Of a DNA stretch of 64,000 nucleotides, positions 19,640 to 28,199 are shown piece by piece; the first letter of the stretch is position 1; every line of letters starts with the position of its first letter. Location: NCBI GenBank assembly GCA_963831295.1, contig CAWHPR010000003.1, positions 387,746 to 451,745 on the forward strand, written 5' to 3'. The notes under the pieces were generated by a model. That model was given only the letters and a program-made list of their open reading frames with translations. It did no database searches and had not been told where the DNA came from. The position numbers were made by a program, and so were the translations under genes. The stretch comes from an uncultured Thermoleophilia bacterium. Lineage in GTDB: Bacteria; Actinomycetota; Thermoleophilia; UBA2241.

Positions 19640-22080
19640 TCACGGCGCCACCGTGAAGATCGAGTTGGACAGCATCCTGAAGCCGTTCTTGATGTGGGCC
19701 CTGAACACGGGGTCGTTGCCGAAGCACGACGGCGTTGCCGTTGCGCACCGCCGCCGCCTGTCCGTCGATGGCCTCGTAGCCGGGCATGAAGCCGGAGATG
19801 AAGGCGTCGTCCGGATAGGTGGCCAGTACCTCGAGCCCCGTCGTGTCGGTGAAGTAGGCGGGGAAGTAGTCGAACAGGTAGTCCTCCTCGGGGTAGCAGC
19901 CGGTGATCGGGTTGTCCCTGCGCGAGCACCGCGTTCGACGATGCCGTTGCTCTCCGACGTCGACGTCAGCGACAGATACGAGGCGACGACCCCGAAGGTC
20001 CTGGCGAACGAGGCGCCACCGGAGCCCGTGGTCACGAGCCCGCCACCTCCCGCAAGGAACTCGCTGACGAGCGGTCGGGCATCCACGTCGCGGGCGCCGA
20101 CTCGCCGGACACGATCACGTCGTAGTCGGCAAGGGCGCCGGCAAGGATGTCGGCGTCACGCACGATGGTGACGTCGAAGCCGAGCTCCTTGAGCACGAAC
20201 ACCATCGGGCCGACGGTGGCGTTGCCGGCCGTGCCGGATGAGCCGTAGTTGATGCGCGTGCCGTCCGGCCAGAAGCGCGGCAGCGAGCCCCACCAGACGG
20301 GGTTGCCGTCGGCGTCGAGCGGCACGTTCGGCGCGTTCACGTCGGCCGGCGTGGCGGGCGCGTCGCTGCGCCGCGTGAAGGCGGCGATCTTCACCGGGGC
20401 GAGCTCCTTGAGGCAGGCCGCGTCGGGTGGGCTGATGCCGGTGAACGTCAGGCCGTACTCCTTGGCCAGCGGCAGCAGGCTCTGGCCGGCGGCGCGCACG
20501 ACGAACGTGCCCGCCGGCCAGCAGCCGGCGTCGGTCTGGAGCATGGCGACGCCGCAGCCGCCGGCGAGCAGCTTGTTGACTGCGACGACGGCGTCGTTCG
20601 TGTCGTTGCGCAGCGCGAAGGTCGTGCAGGCCGGGCGCTTGACGGCCCCGGCCGGGTACGCCGCCCGCTTGACGTTACGCAGCGACGCCGCGAAGGGCTC
20701 CTCGGCGATCACCCGGGTGAAGCCCCAGAGCTCGGGGTAGCTCACCGCGGCGATGTCGTACATCGGGATGCCGGGCTCGTAGGTCAGGTTCTCGCCCTCC
20801 CAGAGCAGCGAGTTGGCGATGCCGGCGAAGGGCTGGTTCAGCGGCACGACGTAGCTGCCCTTCGGGTACCAGACGCCGTCGTAGCAGAAGGCCTTCTTCG
20901 CGACCTTGACCTGGATCTCGTAGCCGATCAGCTGGTCGACCGTCTTGGCGGCCTCGATCGGGTTCTTCTGCAGGCCGCCCATCGGGATGATGTGGGCGAA
21001 CGGGTACTCGCCGCCCTCGGGCCCGCCGAAGTTGGTGCCGCGACGGTAGATCTCGATCTGGGAGCGGAACATCTCCTCGCGGTTCTCGGCGGCGAAGAGC
21101 ATGGCCGCCCACGTCGACCAGAAGTGCCCCTCGACCCCGCGCCAGTCGCGCGGGCCGGTCTCGATGGTCTGCGCGCTCAGCCCGTAGTACAGGCCGAACA
21201 TCGGGATGTAGATGGGCGCGTAGTCGTCCCAGCCGCCCTCGACGTCGTAGTCACGGTAGGGGATCTGCGCGAAGGGGAAGTCCTCCGGCATCTCGGCGGC
21301 GAGGCGCGCCTCTTGGGCCTCGGCCTGCTGCAGCATCCAGTCGAGGTAGATGTCCTCCTCGTAGTTCGGGTTGTGCGGCATCGAGCAGGGCTCGATGAGG
21401 ATCGGCTTGACGAAGCCGTGGTTGTCGCAGCTCACCATCGGCTTCCACGTCGTGTACATCTTGGCGATCACGCGCGCCTCGGGCTGCGAGAGCGTGATCA
21501 GGTCGCGGTTGCAGTCGAAGCCGTTGGCGTTCTGCCGCCAGCCGTCGATGCGCCCGTCCGGGTTGGCGACGACGTTGATGACGACGATGCAGTTCTCGAG
21601 GATCTTGCAGACCTCTTCGTCGTTCTCGAAGGCGAGCTTCTGCGCCATCCAGATGCCGGCGTCGACCCCGGTCGTCTCGAAGCCGTGGATGCTCGAGTTG
21701 ATGAACACCGGGACCTTGTAGTCGTAGTCGCGCTCGATGACCTCGAGCGCCTTCTCCGGATTCCTGATCATCAGCTTGCGCAGGCTCTGGTACTTGCCGT
21801 ACTTGCCGTGCGCGGTCGGCTCGCTGATGACCATCTGCCAGATCGGGCGGCCGCCGGCGGAGGTGCCGACCTCGGTCACCTTGACGCGCGGCGACATCTC
21901 GAGACCGGCCAGGTAGCCGGGCAGCTCGGAGTAGTAGATGTGGTCGTAGTTGAGGTTGGGCCACTCGTAGTCCTCCTGCGCGAACGCGGGCGCGGCGAGC
22001 CCCGCGGACACGGCCGCGAAGAACGCGAGCAGCAGGAGCAGGACGAGTGGCACGGCGAAGACGTGGCGGTCGACCCTCAT
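19640..22080 (-). CDS. Secreted M14-family zinc carboxypeptidase with extra C-terminal domain; 3 frameshifts in the last ~450 nt
   Basis: Signal peptide MRVDRHVFAVPLVLLLLLAFFAAVSAGLAAPAFAQ. Also SSIHGFETTG (HxxE zinc motif) and VANPDGR. The C-terminal part is reconstructed from ORF 19640..20086 plus a third frame (DNPITGCYPEEDYLFDYFPAYF..), ending ..NSIFTVAP-stop. Confidence 0.8.
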
Positions 22081-22336
22081 GGCGATCCATCCCCCTTTGG
22101 TCACTGGACGGGAGGGCGCGCGGGCGCCGGCGGTCGCGCGAGAGAGCCGGCGCGAGGCGCGCCAAGAGTGGTCCCATAGCACCCCCTTCTCGCGCCCGAT
22201 CCGTGACGCCGCCGGTCCCCTCGTACGGCGACGATGGGCGCGCGAGGAGAGTCTTATCACTCGCCGCGGCGAGGGTACATAGTCACCGCCGTTTAGGTCC
22301 TATGCGGCCGGCTCTGGGAGCCGCGAGCCGCGCTTC

Positions 22337-22774
22337 TCAGTACTTGCCGAGCAGCTTCCAGATCCAGCGGTGCGGGGCGTGCATGCTGAAGCCGGGCTCG
22401 TTGTACATCACCGCGCAGTGCCCGGTGATGACCTTGAGGCCGCGCTCCTTCGCGGCGGCGAGGGCCTCCGGCGTGTCGGTCATCTGGTGGAGCCAGATCT
22501 CGGTGATGCCGGCGTCGGCCGCCTTGGCGACCCAGTCGGCGGTCTCCTCCTTGGGCAGCTCGAGGACGGCGGCGTCGACCTTCGCCGGCAGCGCGGCGAA
22601 GTCGGGCCAGGCCTGGTCGCCCTCGACCGTCTCGGCGCCGGGGTCGACGGCGTACACGGTCTTGCCGCGCTTCTTGAGGGCGTTGTAGGTGAGCTTGGGG
22701 AAGGCGCGCTTCTCGCCGTGGCCGACCACGGCGTAGCTCTCGCGCTCCCAGAAGCGTTCGCACTCGGAGGGCAT
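22337..22774 (-). CDS. CoA-binding domain protein (YccU-like)
   Basis: MPSECERFWERESYAVVGHGEKRAFPKLTYNALKKRGKTVYAVDP..LPAKVDAAVLELPKEE..AGITEIWLHQ. AAGGAG lies 6 nt upstream of ATG 22774. Confidence 0.75.
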   Translation of the reverse strand: MPSECERFWERESYAVVGHGEKRAFPKLTYNALKKRGKTVYAVDPGAETVEGDQAWPDFAALPAKVDAAVLELPKEETADWVAKAADAGITEIWLHQMTDTPEALAAAKERGLKVITGHCAVMYNEPGFSMHAPHRWIWKLLGKY

Positions 22775-22849
22775 CGCGTCTCCTTCTCGTCGGCGGGTGG
22801 GTCGTCGCGGTCCGGCGGTCTCGACAGGCAAGCGCCAGGGACGGGCGGG

Positions 22850-23773
22850 TCAGGCGCCGGCCGGCCCGTAGCAGGCGGCCGGCGCCAGGACGTCGGGGAA
22901 GCGGTCGCGCAGGGCGAGGCGCGTCTCGAAGCAGAGGTGGCAGGCGTCGGCGTAGCGCTCGCGCGCCGGCTTCGACGTCGTAGGCGCGGGCGAGCTCGAG
23001 CGGGCCGCCGCGGAGCAGCTCGCGCACGACCGGCAGGTCGTGCGGGTCGTAGCGCTCGACCACGGCGGCCAGGCCGTCGCGCCAGACGTTGCCGGCGCTG
23101 ATCCCCTGGCAGAGCTGCAGCTCGCCGTCGGGGCCGAGGTGGGCGCGCCCGGGCTCGACGAAGTCCTCGTGGGGGCACTCGGTGAAGGCGTCGGGCGGGC
23201 GGCCGTCGAGCTCGGCTCGCTCCGCGGCGAGCTCGACGGCCGCCCGCCCCTTGTACATGATCTCGCCGACGTCGCCGGTGCAGACGCCCGGCAGGTCGAG
23301 CATCGCTTCGGCGCCGACCTCGAGCAGGCCCATCGGCAGCTCGAGCTCGAGCGCCGCCTCGACGGCGTTGCGCAGCAGGCGCTCCTCGAGCTTGTCGCTC
23401 CTCGGCGAAGTACGCGTACGACGAGAGCGAGAGGTCGGCGACGCCGAGCTCCTTGAGCGGCGCGAGCCAGACCTTGGCGTCCTCGACCGACTCGGCCCAG
23501 TGGCAGTTGGTCACGACGCCGACGTCGAGGCCGCGCGCCCGTGCGTACCGCGCGGCCTCGAGCACGACCGGCCAGTACAGCGTGGGCTCGCCGCCCTCGA
23601 AGTAGACGGTGTCGATCGCGGGCACGTCGCGCGGTCTGGTCGATGGCGTCGCGGAGCTGCGCCAGCGTGAGCGTGCCCTCGGCCTCGGGCCCGCCGAAGA
23701 CGAAGCAGTGGTCGCAGGCGTAGATGCAGCGGTACGTGACGAGGAAGTGGATGGCGCTCAGCGACATCGGCAT
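22850..23773 (-). CDS. Radical SAM protein with SPASM/twitch-like C-terminal Cys motifs; 3 frameshifts
   Basis: MPMSLSAIHFLVTYRCIYACDHCFVFGGPE (CX3CX2C), then IDTVYFEGGEPTLYWP..GVVTNCHWA, then FTECPHEDFVEPGRAHLGPDGELQLCQGISAGNVW, then ERYADACHLCFETRLAL..-stop. These are pieces of ORFs 22850..23830, 22480..23625 and 22293..23333. Confidence 0.7.
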   Translation of the reverse strand: MPMSLSAIHFLVTYRCIYACDHCFVFGGPEAEGTLTLAQLRDAIDQTARRARDRHRLLRGRRAHAVLAGRARGRAVRTGARPRRRRRDQLPLGRVGRGRQGLARAAQGARRRRPLALVVRVLRRGATSSRSACCATPSRRRSSSSCRWACSRSAPKRCSTCRASAPATSARSCTRGGRPSSSPRSEPSSTAARPTPSPSAPTRTSSSPGAPTSAPTASCSSARGSAPATSGATAWPPWSSATTRTTCRSCASCSAAARSSSPAPTTSKPARERYADACHLCFETRLALRDRFPDVLAPAACYGPAGA

Positions 23774-23912
23774 GTGCGGCAGTATAGACGCGCCGGGCAG
23801 ACAAGGCAGGGAGCGCGTTCGTCGCGCCATGCCCTATCGGTCAGCCGGCGGGAGCGGCGGCGGGGCCGGCGGCGCGGCGCTCCGGTCGCACGATCCGGTT
23901 CAGACGCCGGCG

Positions 23913-25076
23913 CTACTTGTTGTGGCACTCCTCGCAGACGCCGCGGTCGTCGAGCCGGAGGAAGGCGTTCTTGGTGCCCGGCGGCACGGAGCCGTCGTCG
24001 CTGTCGGGCTCGGGATCGGTGGCGTCCGCGACGTCGGCGAAGCCGGTCATCACGGCGTCCGAGCCGTGGGCGCGATGGCAGGTGAGGCAGTCCATCCAGT
24101 CGTCGGTGCGCGCCTCGGGCGTCCACTCCCCGTACTCCTGGGCGAGCGGCAGCTGCAGGGCCTTGAGGCGGAGCGGACGAGCCCCGAGGTACTCGGCGAG
24201 AGGGACGTTCAAGGGGTGGCGGTAGCGCATGACGTCACCGAAGCCGTCCTCGGCGTCGTACCGGCTCGACGTGTCGAGATCGGCGCGGTGATACTCGGTG
24301 TGGCACGCCGCGCACCAGGCGCTGATCCCGCGCGTCCGGTCCTCGCCGGGAGCCTTGGCGTACATCGGCGTCGTGTAGTCGGGCTCGTACTCCGTCGATC
24401 TGCGCGGCGCCGGCGTCGTGCAGCAGCCAGCCCTCGTCCGGGTAGCCGGGCTCGTTGGAGATCACGAACGGGTCGGGGGCGTACTCGCCGGGGCCGGTCG
24501 CCACGTAGCCGCCCGACCTCGACGCCGTTCACGACGTCCTTGAGCAGGCGGTAGTTCGAGCTGCCGTGCACGTCGTGGCAGGAGCAGCAGGTCATGACGA
24601 CCGTCGCCCTCCCCGCCGCAGGGGCTCGCGAGCGTCGCCGTCACAGTTGTGGTGGTTGTCGCCGACGACGTGCGCGCCGAAGGCGCCTCCGTTGAGGGCG
24701 GCGCCGAGCGTCCCGTACCCGTCGGCCTCGTAGACACCGTCGTCGACGTTCGTCGCGGCGCCGGCCGCGTGCGCCGCCGTGACACGAGAAGCAGAACTGG
24801 CACGAGTCGTGTCTCGGTCCCGAGCAGGAGTGCGCGCCGTTGCTCGCCGGGTGTCGCTCCACGTGATGCTGCTGGCGGCCGTGTGCGCACGGTGGCACCC
24901 GGCGCAGGCGCCTGGGAGTCCATGGAGTAGCCGCCGTGGATCCCGAAGTTCGCGAGGGCAACGCCGGGGAGCAGGCACAGCACGCGGCGACGGCCGTCGA
25001 TGCCGAAGATGCGCAAGAGGGCCGGCGACGACCACCGCCGGCAGCCCGCGACAAGAGTACGCCCCAAGTACCCCAC
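23913..25076 (-). CDS. Hexahaem c-type cytochrome, OmcS-like, paralog A; at least 4 frameshifts in the N-terminal two thirds, start uncertain (GTG 25076 or TTG ~25008)
   Basis: Reconstructed as ..VLCLLPGVALANFGIHGGYSMDS..CAGCHRAHTAASSITWS..CQFCFSCHGGA..AGAATNVDDGVYEADGYGTLG..VMTCCSCHDVHGSSNYRLLKDVVNGVEVGGYV..EPGYPDEGWLLHDAGAAQI..ISAWCAACHTEYH..VMRYRHPLNV..DCLTCHRAHGSDAVMTGFADV..RGVCEECHNK-stop. It has six CXXCH motifs. Confidence 0.75.
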
Positions 25077-25299
25077 AGCCCCCGTGCTCCGTGCCCCGGC
25101 ACCGTGCCCCGGTACCGAGTGTACGGTCAGACGTTAGGGGCGTACGAGGAGGTTCGCAAGCATCTCGCGTGTACAAGTCTGTATACGGGGGCGCCGCCGA
25201 CGCGGTGCGGCACGACGAAGCCCGAAGCGCGGCCGCGGCACGCGAAGGGCGGCCGTCCGGGCGGGGCTCGAGCGGCACGGCGATGCGGGCAGCGAAGAC

Positions 25300-25328
25300 G
25301 GGAGGGCCGGGCATCGCCCGGCCCTCCC
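25300..25328 (-). terminator. Hairpin after OmcS-like gene B
   Basis: Perfect 13-bp stem gggagggccgggc / gcccggccctccc with a 3-nt loop, about 40 nt downstream of the stop at 25368. On the coding strand it is followed by gtcttcgc (poor U tract). Confidence 0.45.
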
Positions 25329-25367
25329 TCGTACACGCCTTCGGCGCGCCGTCGCTTGGCGCCGCCG

Positions 25368-26477
25368 CTACTTGTTGTGGCACTCCTCGCAGACACCGCG
25401 GTTGTCGAGCCGGAGGAACGCGTTCTTCGTGCCCGGCGGCACGGAGCCGTCGTCGCTGTCGGGCTCGGGGTCGGTGGCGTCGGCGACGTCGGCGAAGCCG
25501 CTCATCCGCCTTGTCCGAGCCGTGGGACTGGTGACAGGTGAGGCAGTCCAGCCAGTCGTTCGGGCCGGCCTCGAGGCGTCCAGTCTCCGTACTCCTGCGC
25601 GACGGGGAGCGTCAGGTTCGTGAGGTTGAGCGCGCGAGCGCCCGAGGTAGTCGCTGAGCGGGACGTTCACCGGGTGAGGGTAGCGCATGACGTCGCCGAG
25701 ACCGTCGTCGGCGTCGTACTGGCTCGGCCCACGTGCCGTGATATCTGGTGTGGCACGCCGCGCACCAGGCGCTGATGCCCTTGTCCGGGTCCTCATCGGG
25801 CGCCTTGGCGTACATCGGCGTCGTGTAGCTGGGCTCGTACGCCTCGATCTGCGCCGCACCGGCGTCGTGCAGCAGCCAGCCGTCCTCCGGGTAGCCGGGC
25901 TCGTTGGAGATCACGTACGGGTCGGGGAGGAAGTCGCCGCCGGCCGTCTCGACGTAGCCCCCGACGTCGACGCCGTTCACGACGTCCTTGAGCAGGCGGT
26001 AGTTGGAGCTGCCGTGCACGTCGTGGCAGGAGCCGCAGGTCATGACGATGTCGCCGTCACCGCCGTGGGCGGTCGACGGAGCTCCCGTCGTAGGTGTGGT
26101 GGTTCTCGCCGACGACGTCCTCGCTGAAGGCGCCGCTGTTGAGCTCAGCGCCGAGCGTGCCGTAGTCGCTAGCCTCGTAGACGCCGTCGAAGACGTTCGT
26201 CGCGGCGCCGGCAGCAGCGCTGCCGTGGCAGGTGAAGCAGAATTCGTAGAGCTCGGTCGCGGTCGACAGCAGGAGCGCGCTGCTGCTGCTCGCTCGCCGA
26301 GTTCGTCCACGTGATGCTGCTGGCGGCGGTGTGCGCGCGGTGGCAGCCGGCGCACGTGTGGGTGTCCATGGAGTAGCCGCCGTGGATGCCGAAGTTCGCA
26401 AGGGCGATGCCGGGGGTCAGGAGCAGCACGGACGCGCTGGCTGCCACTGCCAGTATCGAGTCGAGACGTTTCCGCAC
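25368..26477 (-). CDS. Hexahaem c-type cytochrome, OmcS-like, paralog B; at least 5 frameshifts
   Basis: GTG 26477 follows GAGGGGGAAAC. Reconstructed as VRKRLDSILAVAASASVLLLTPGIALANFGIHGGYSMDTHTCAGCHRAHTAASSITWT..LYEFCFTCHGSAAAGAATNVFDGVYEASDYGTLG..IVMTCGSCHDVHGSSNYRLLKDVVNGVDVGGYV..ISAWCAACHTRYH..VMRYPHPVNV..DCLTCHQSHGSDK..GFADVADATDPEPDSDDGSVPPGTKNAFLRLDNRGVCEECHNK-stop. Confidence 0.75.
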
Positions 26478-26594
26478 GTTTCCCCCTCGCACTTCTGCGG
26501 GTCTATCGGTGTTCATCTGGGCGGCGGTGCGATCACCACAAGACAAGCGACCAGCCGGAACTGCCAACACGGGCGCCCCTCGGCGCATGTGCGC

Positions 26595-26623
26595 ATTATA
26601 GGGTCACCACACTAGGGTGACAA
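26595..26623 (-). promoter_or_regulatory. Near-consensus sigma-70-type promoter (TTGTCA-N17-TATAAT) in front of OmcS-like gene B
   Basis: On the minus strand the sequence reads TTGTCA ccctagtgtggtgaccc TATAAT, starting 3 nt after the NHL gene's stop codon (26626-26628). It sits in a locally AT-richer patch and also contains GTCACC..GGTGAC dyad symmetry. The predicted leader to GTG 26477 is ~110 nt. Confidence 0.5.
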
Positions 26624-26625
26624 CA

Positions 26626-28191
26626 TTACGCGCCGCGGCCTCGCGTGTGCTCGCGACCCGACCGCCCCTTGTCGAGGAAGCGCTCCACGAACAGCCGCGC
26701 GTCGTACGCGTCCACTCCCAAAGCCCGAGCGGTCGAGGCCAGCGAGGGGGCCTGCGTGCACAGCGTCCCGGCGCGCCTGGCGACGGTGAGCAGCACCGCG
26801 GTCGGGTGCTCCACGCCGATCCGCTCCATGAGGTCCTTGGCATCGGACTCCGAGTGCGCCTGGGCGGTCAGGAGCGCGTCGAGAGACACCCCGCCGAGCT
26901 CGCGACCCTCGTAGCGAGGGGACTCCTCGGCGGGCACGATCCACATCCAGCGCCTTCTGGACCACGCCCAGCGCGTCCCGGCCTCCATGTACTCGATGAG
27001 GCCGGCGACGGTCATCGCCTCGAGGAAGTCCTCGGTGACCACGAAGCGGCGGCGGCGGAGCAGCAGCAGCAGCGGCAGGAGCAACAGACTCAGCAGAGGC
27101 CAGAGGACGGGCCCGTCGGATATCTCCGAGACGATGGACTGCGGTTCGGGCCACCCCCACACCTGCACCCGACCATTGACGCGATCGGTGAGGTAGATGA
27201 AGCCGCGCCGGTCGAGCGCGAGGTCGTTGGCGAAACGGAACTGGCCCGGGCCGGCGCCCGGGCCGCCGAAGCTGGCGATACGCTCGCCGGACGCGCGGTA
27301 GACGTCTGCCTGGTGCGCGAGCGCGTCGGCCACGTAGAGGCGGCCCTGGTCGTCCATGTCGAGACCGCGCGGGATCCCCGACGTGTTGATGACGCGATCG
27401 AAGTCTCCCTGCTCGCTGAAGACCTGGACCCGCTGGTTGTTGCTGTCGGCCACGTACACGACGCCCTTGCGTACGACGAGGCCGTTGGGGAACAGGAACC
27501 TGCCGGGCACGTCGGTCACCCGCTCGGCCTGCCCCGACCCCCCGAACCGCCGGATCTCGTCGCCCTCTCGATCGAACTCGATGACCTGGTGGAGGTCGCT
27601 GCGGCCCACGTCGCTCACCCAGAGGTTGTCGTCCTCGTCGAAGGCCAAGGCGAGGGGGCCCCACACTGCGGCCTCGTCGGCGTCGGCGGGTGCGACCTTG
27701 CGCAGGTACTCCCCGTCGGCCGAGAACACGTAGACGGCGCGGTGGCCGCGGTCGCTGACGAAGACCTCCCCGATCGAGTTCAGCTCGACGTAGACGGGCG
27801 TGGTGAGGGCGGTCCTGTCGCCGTCGGCGATCTCGGAGAACGAGAAACGGTAGTCGCCCTCGACGGTGTAGACGCGGACCGCTCCGGCGGCCGCGTCGGT
27901 GACGTACACGAGGTCGTCCGCGGACACGTCGACGCCGAGCGGCTGGGTGAGCGCGTCGCGGCCCCCAGGCCCGCTGATCGAGTACAGGTACTCAGGGGGC
28001 GAGACGATCCCTCCGGCGCCGAGGATCGGACCCGGGGCCGACGTGTCGCGGGAGCTGTTGTAGTAGTAGATGGCGCAGAGCGTCAGCACGAGCAGGAGGA
28101 GGGCGGCGAGAAGCGCGACGATCTTGCGCCGCGACGTCCTGCGCTCGGCCCTGCCGAACGGCCCCTGCTCGTGCTGTGCGTCGGTCGCCAT
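26626..28191 (-). CDS. NHL-repeat beta-propeller membrane protein (TM - NHL repeats - TM - ~170-aa cytoplasmic domain), intact
   Basis: The ATG at 28191 is preceded by GGAG. TM1 is KIVALLAALLLLVLTLCAIYYY. Repeated blades: LVYVTDAAAGAVRVY, VFVSDRGHRAVYVF, LWVSDVGRSDLHQVIEF, VYVADSNNQRVQVF, LYVADALAHQADVY, IYLTDRVNGRVQVW. TM2 is VLWPLLSLLLLPLLLLL, followed by RRRRFVVTEDFLEAM... Confidence 0.8.
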   Translation of the reverse strand: MATDAQHEQGPFGRAERRTSRRKIVALLAALLLLVLTLCAIYYYNSSRDTSAPGPILGAGGIVSPPEYLYSISGPGGRDALTQPLGVDVSADDLVYVTDAAAGAVRVYTVEGDYRFSFSEIADGDRTALTTPVYVELNSIGEVFVSDRGHRAVYVFSADGEYLRKVAPADADEAAVWGPLALAFDEDDNLWVSDVGRSDLHQVIEFDREGDEIRRFGGSGQAERVTDVPGRFLFPNGLVVRKGVVYVADSNNQRVQVFSEQGDFDRVINTSGIPRGLDMDDQGRLYVADALAHQADVYRASGERIASFGGPGAGPGQFRFANDLALDRRGFIYLTDRVNGRVQVWGWPEPQSIVSEISDGPVLWPLLSLLLLPLLLLLRRRRFVVTEDFLEAMTVAGLIEYMEAGTRWAWSRRRWMWIVPAEESPRYEGRELGGVSLDALLTAQAHSESDAKDLMERIGVEHPTAVLLTVARRAGTLCTQAPSLASTARALGVDAYDARLFVERFLDKGRSGREHTRGRGA

Positions 28192-28199
28192 GGGCTCCG

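Larger units (their letters stand above)
23913..26477 (-). repeat. Tandem duplication of the OmcS-like cytochrome gene (unit ~1.45 kb)
   Basis: The 3' ~137 nt of the two genes (23913-24049 and 25368-25504) differ at only 7 positions in my alignment. The protein motif order is identical throughout. Confidence 0.8.

Noticed and set aside
26626-27130. The cytoplasmic C-terminal domain of the NHL protein as a PIN-like nuclease domain.
   Set aside because: I saw only a vague pattern resemblance (hydrophobic strand then acidic residue, ..VVTED.., ..LLTVARRAG..). The expected acidic catalytic residues cannot be aligned by eye, so the domain is left unassigned.
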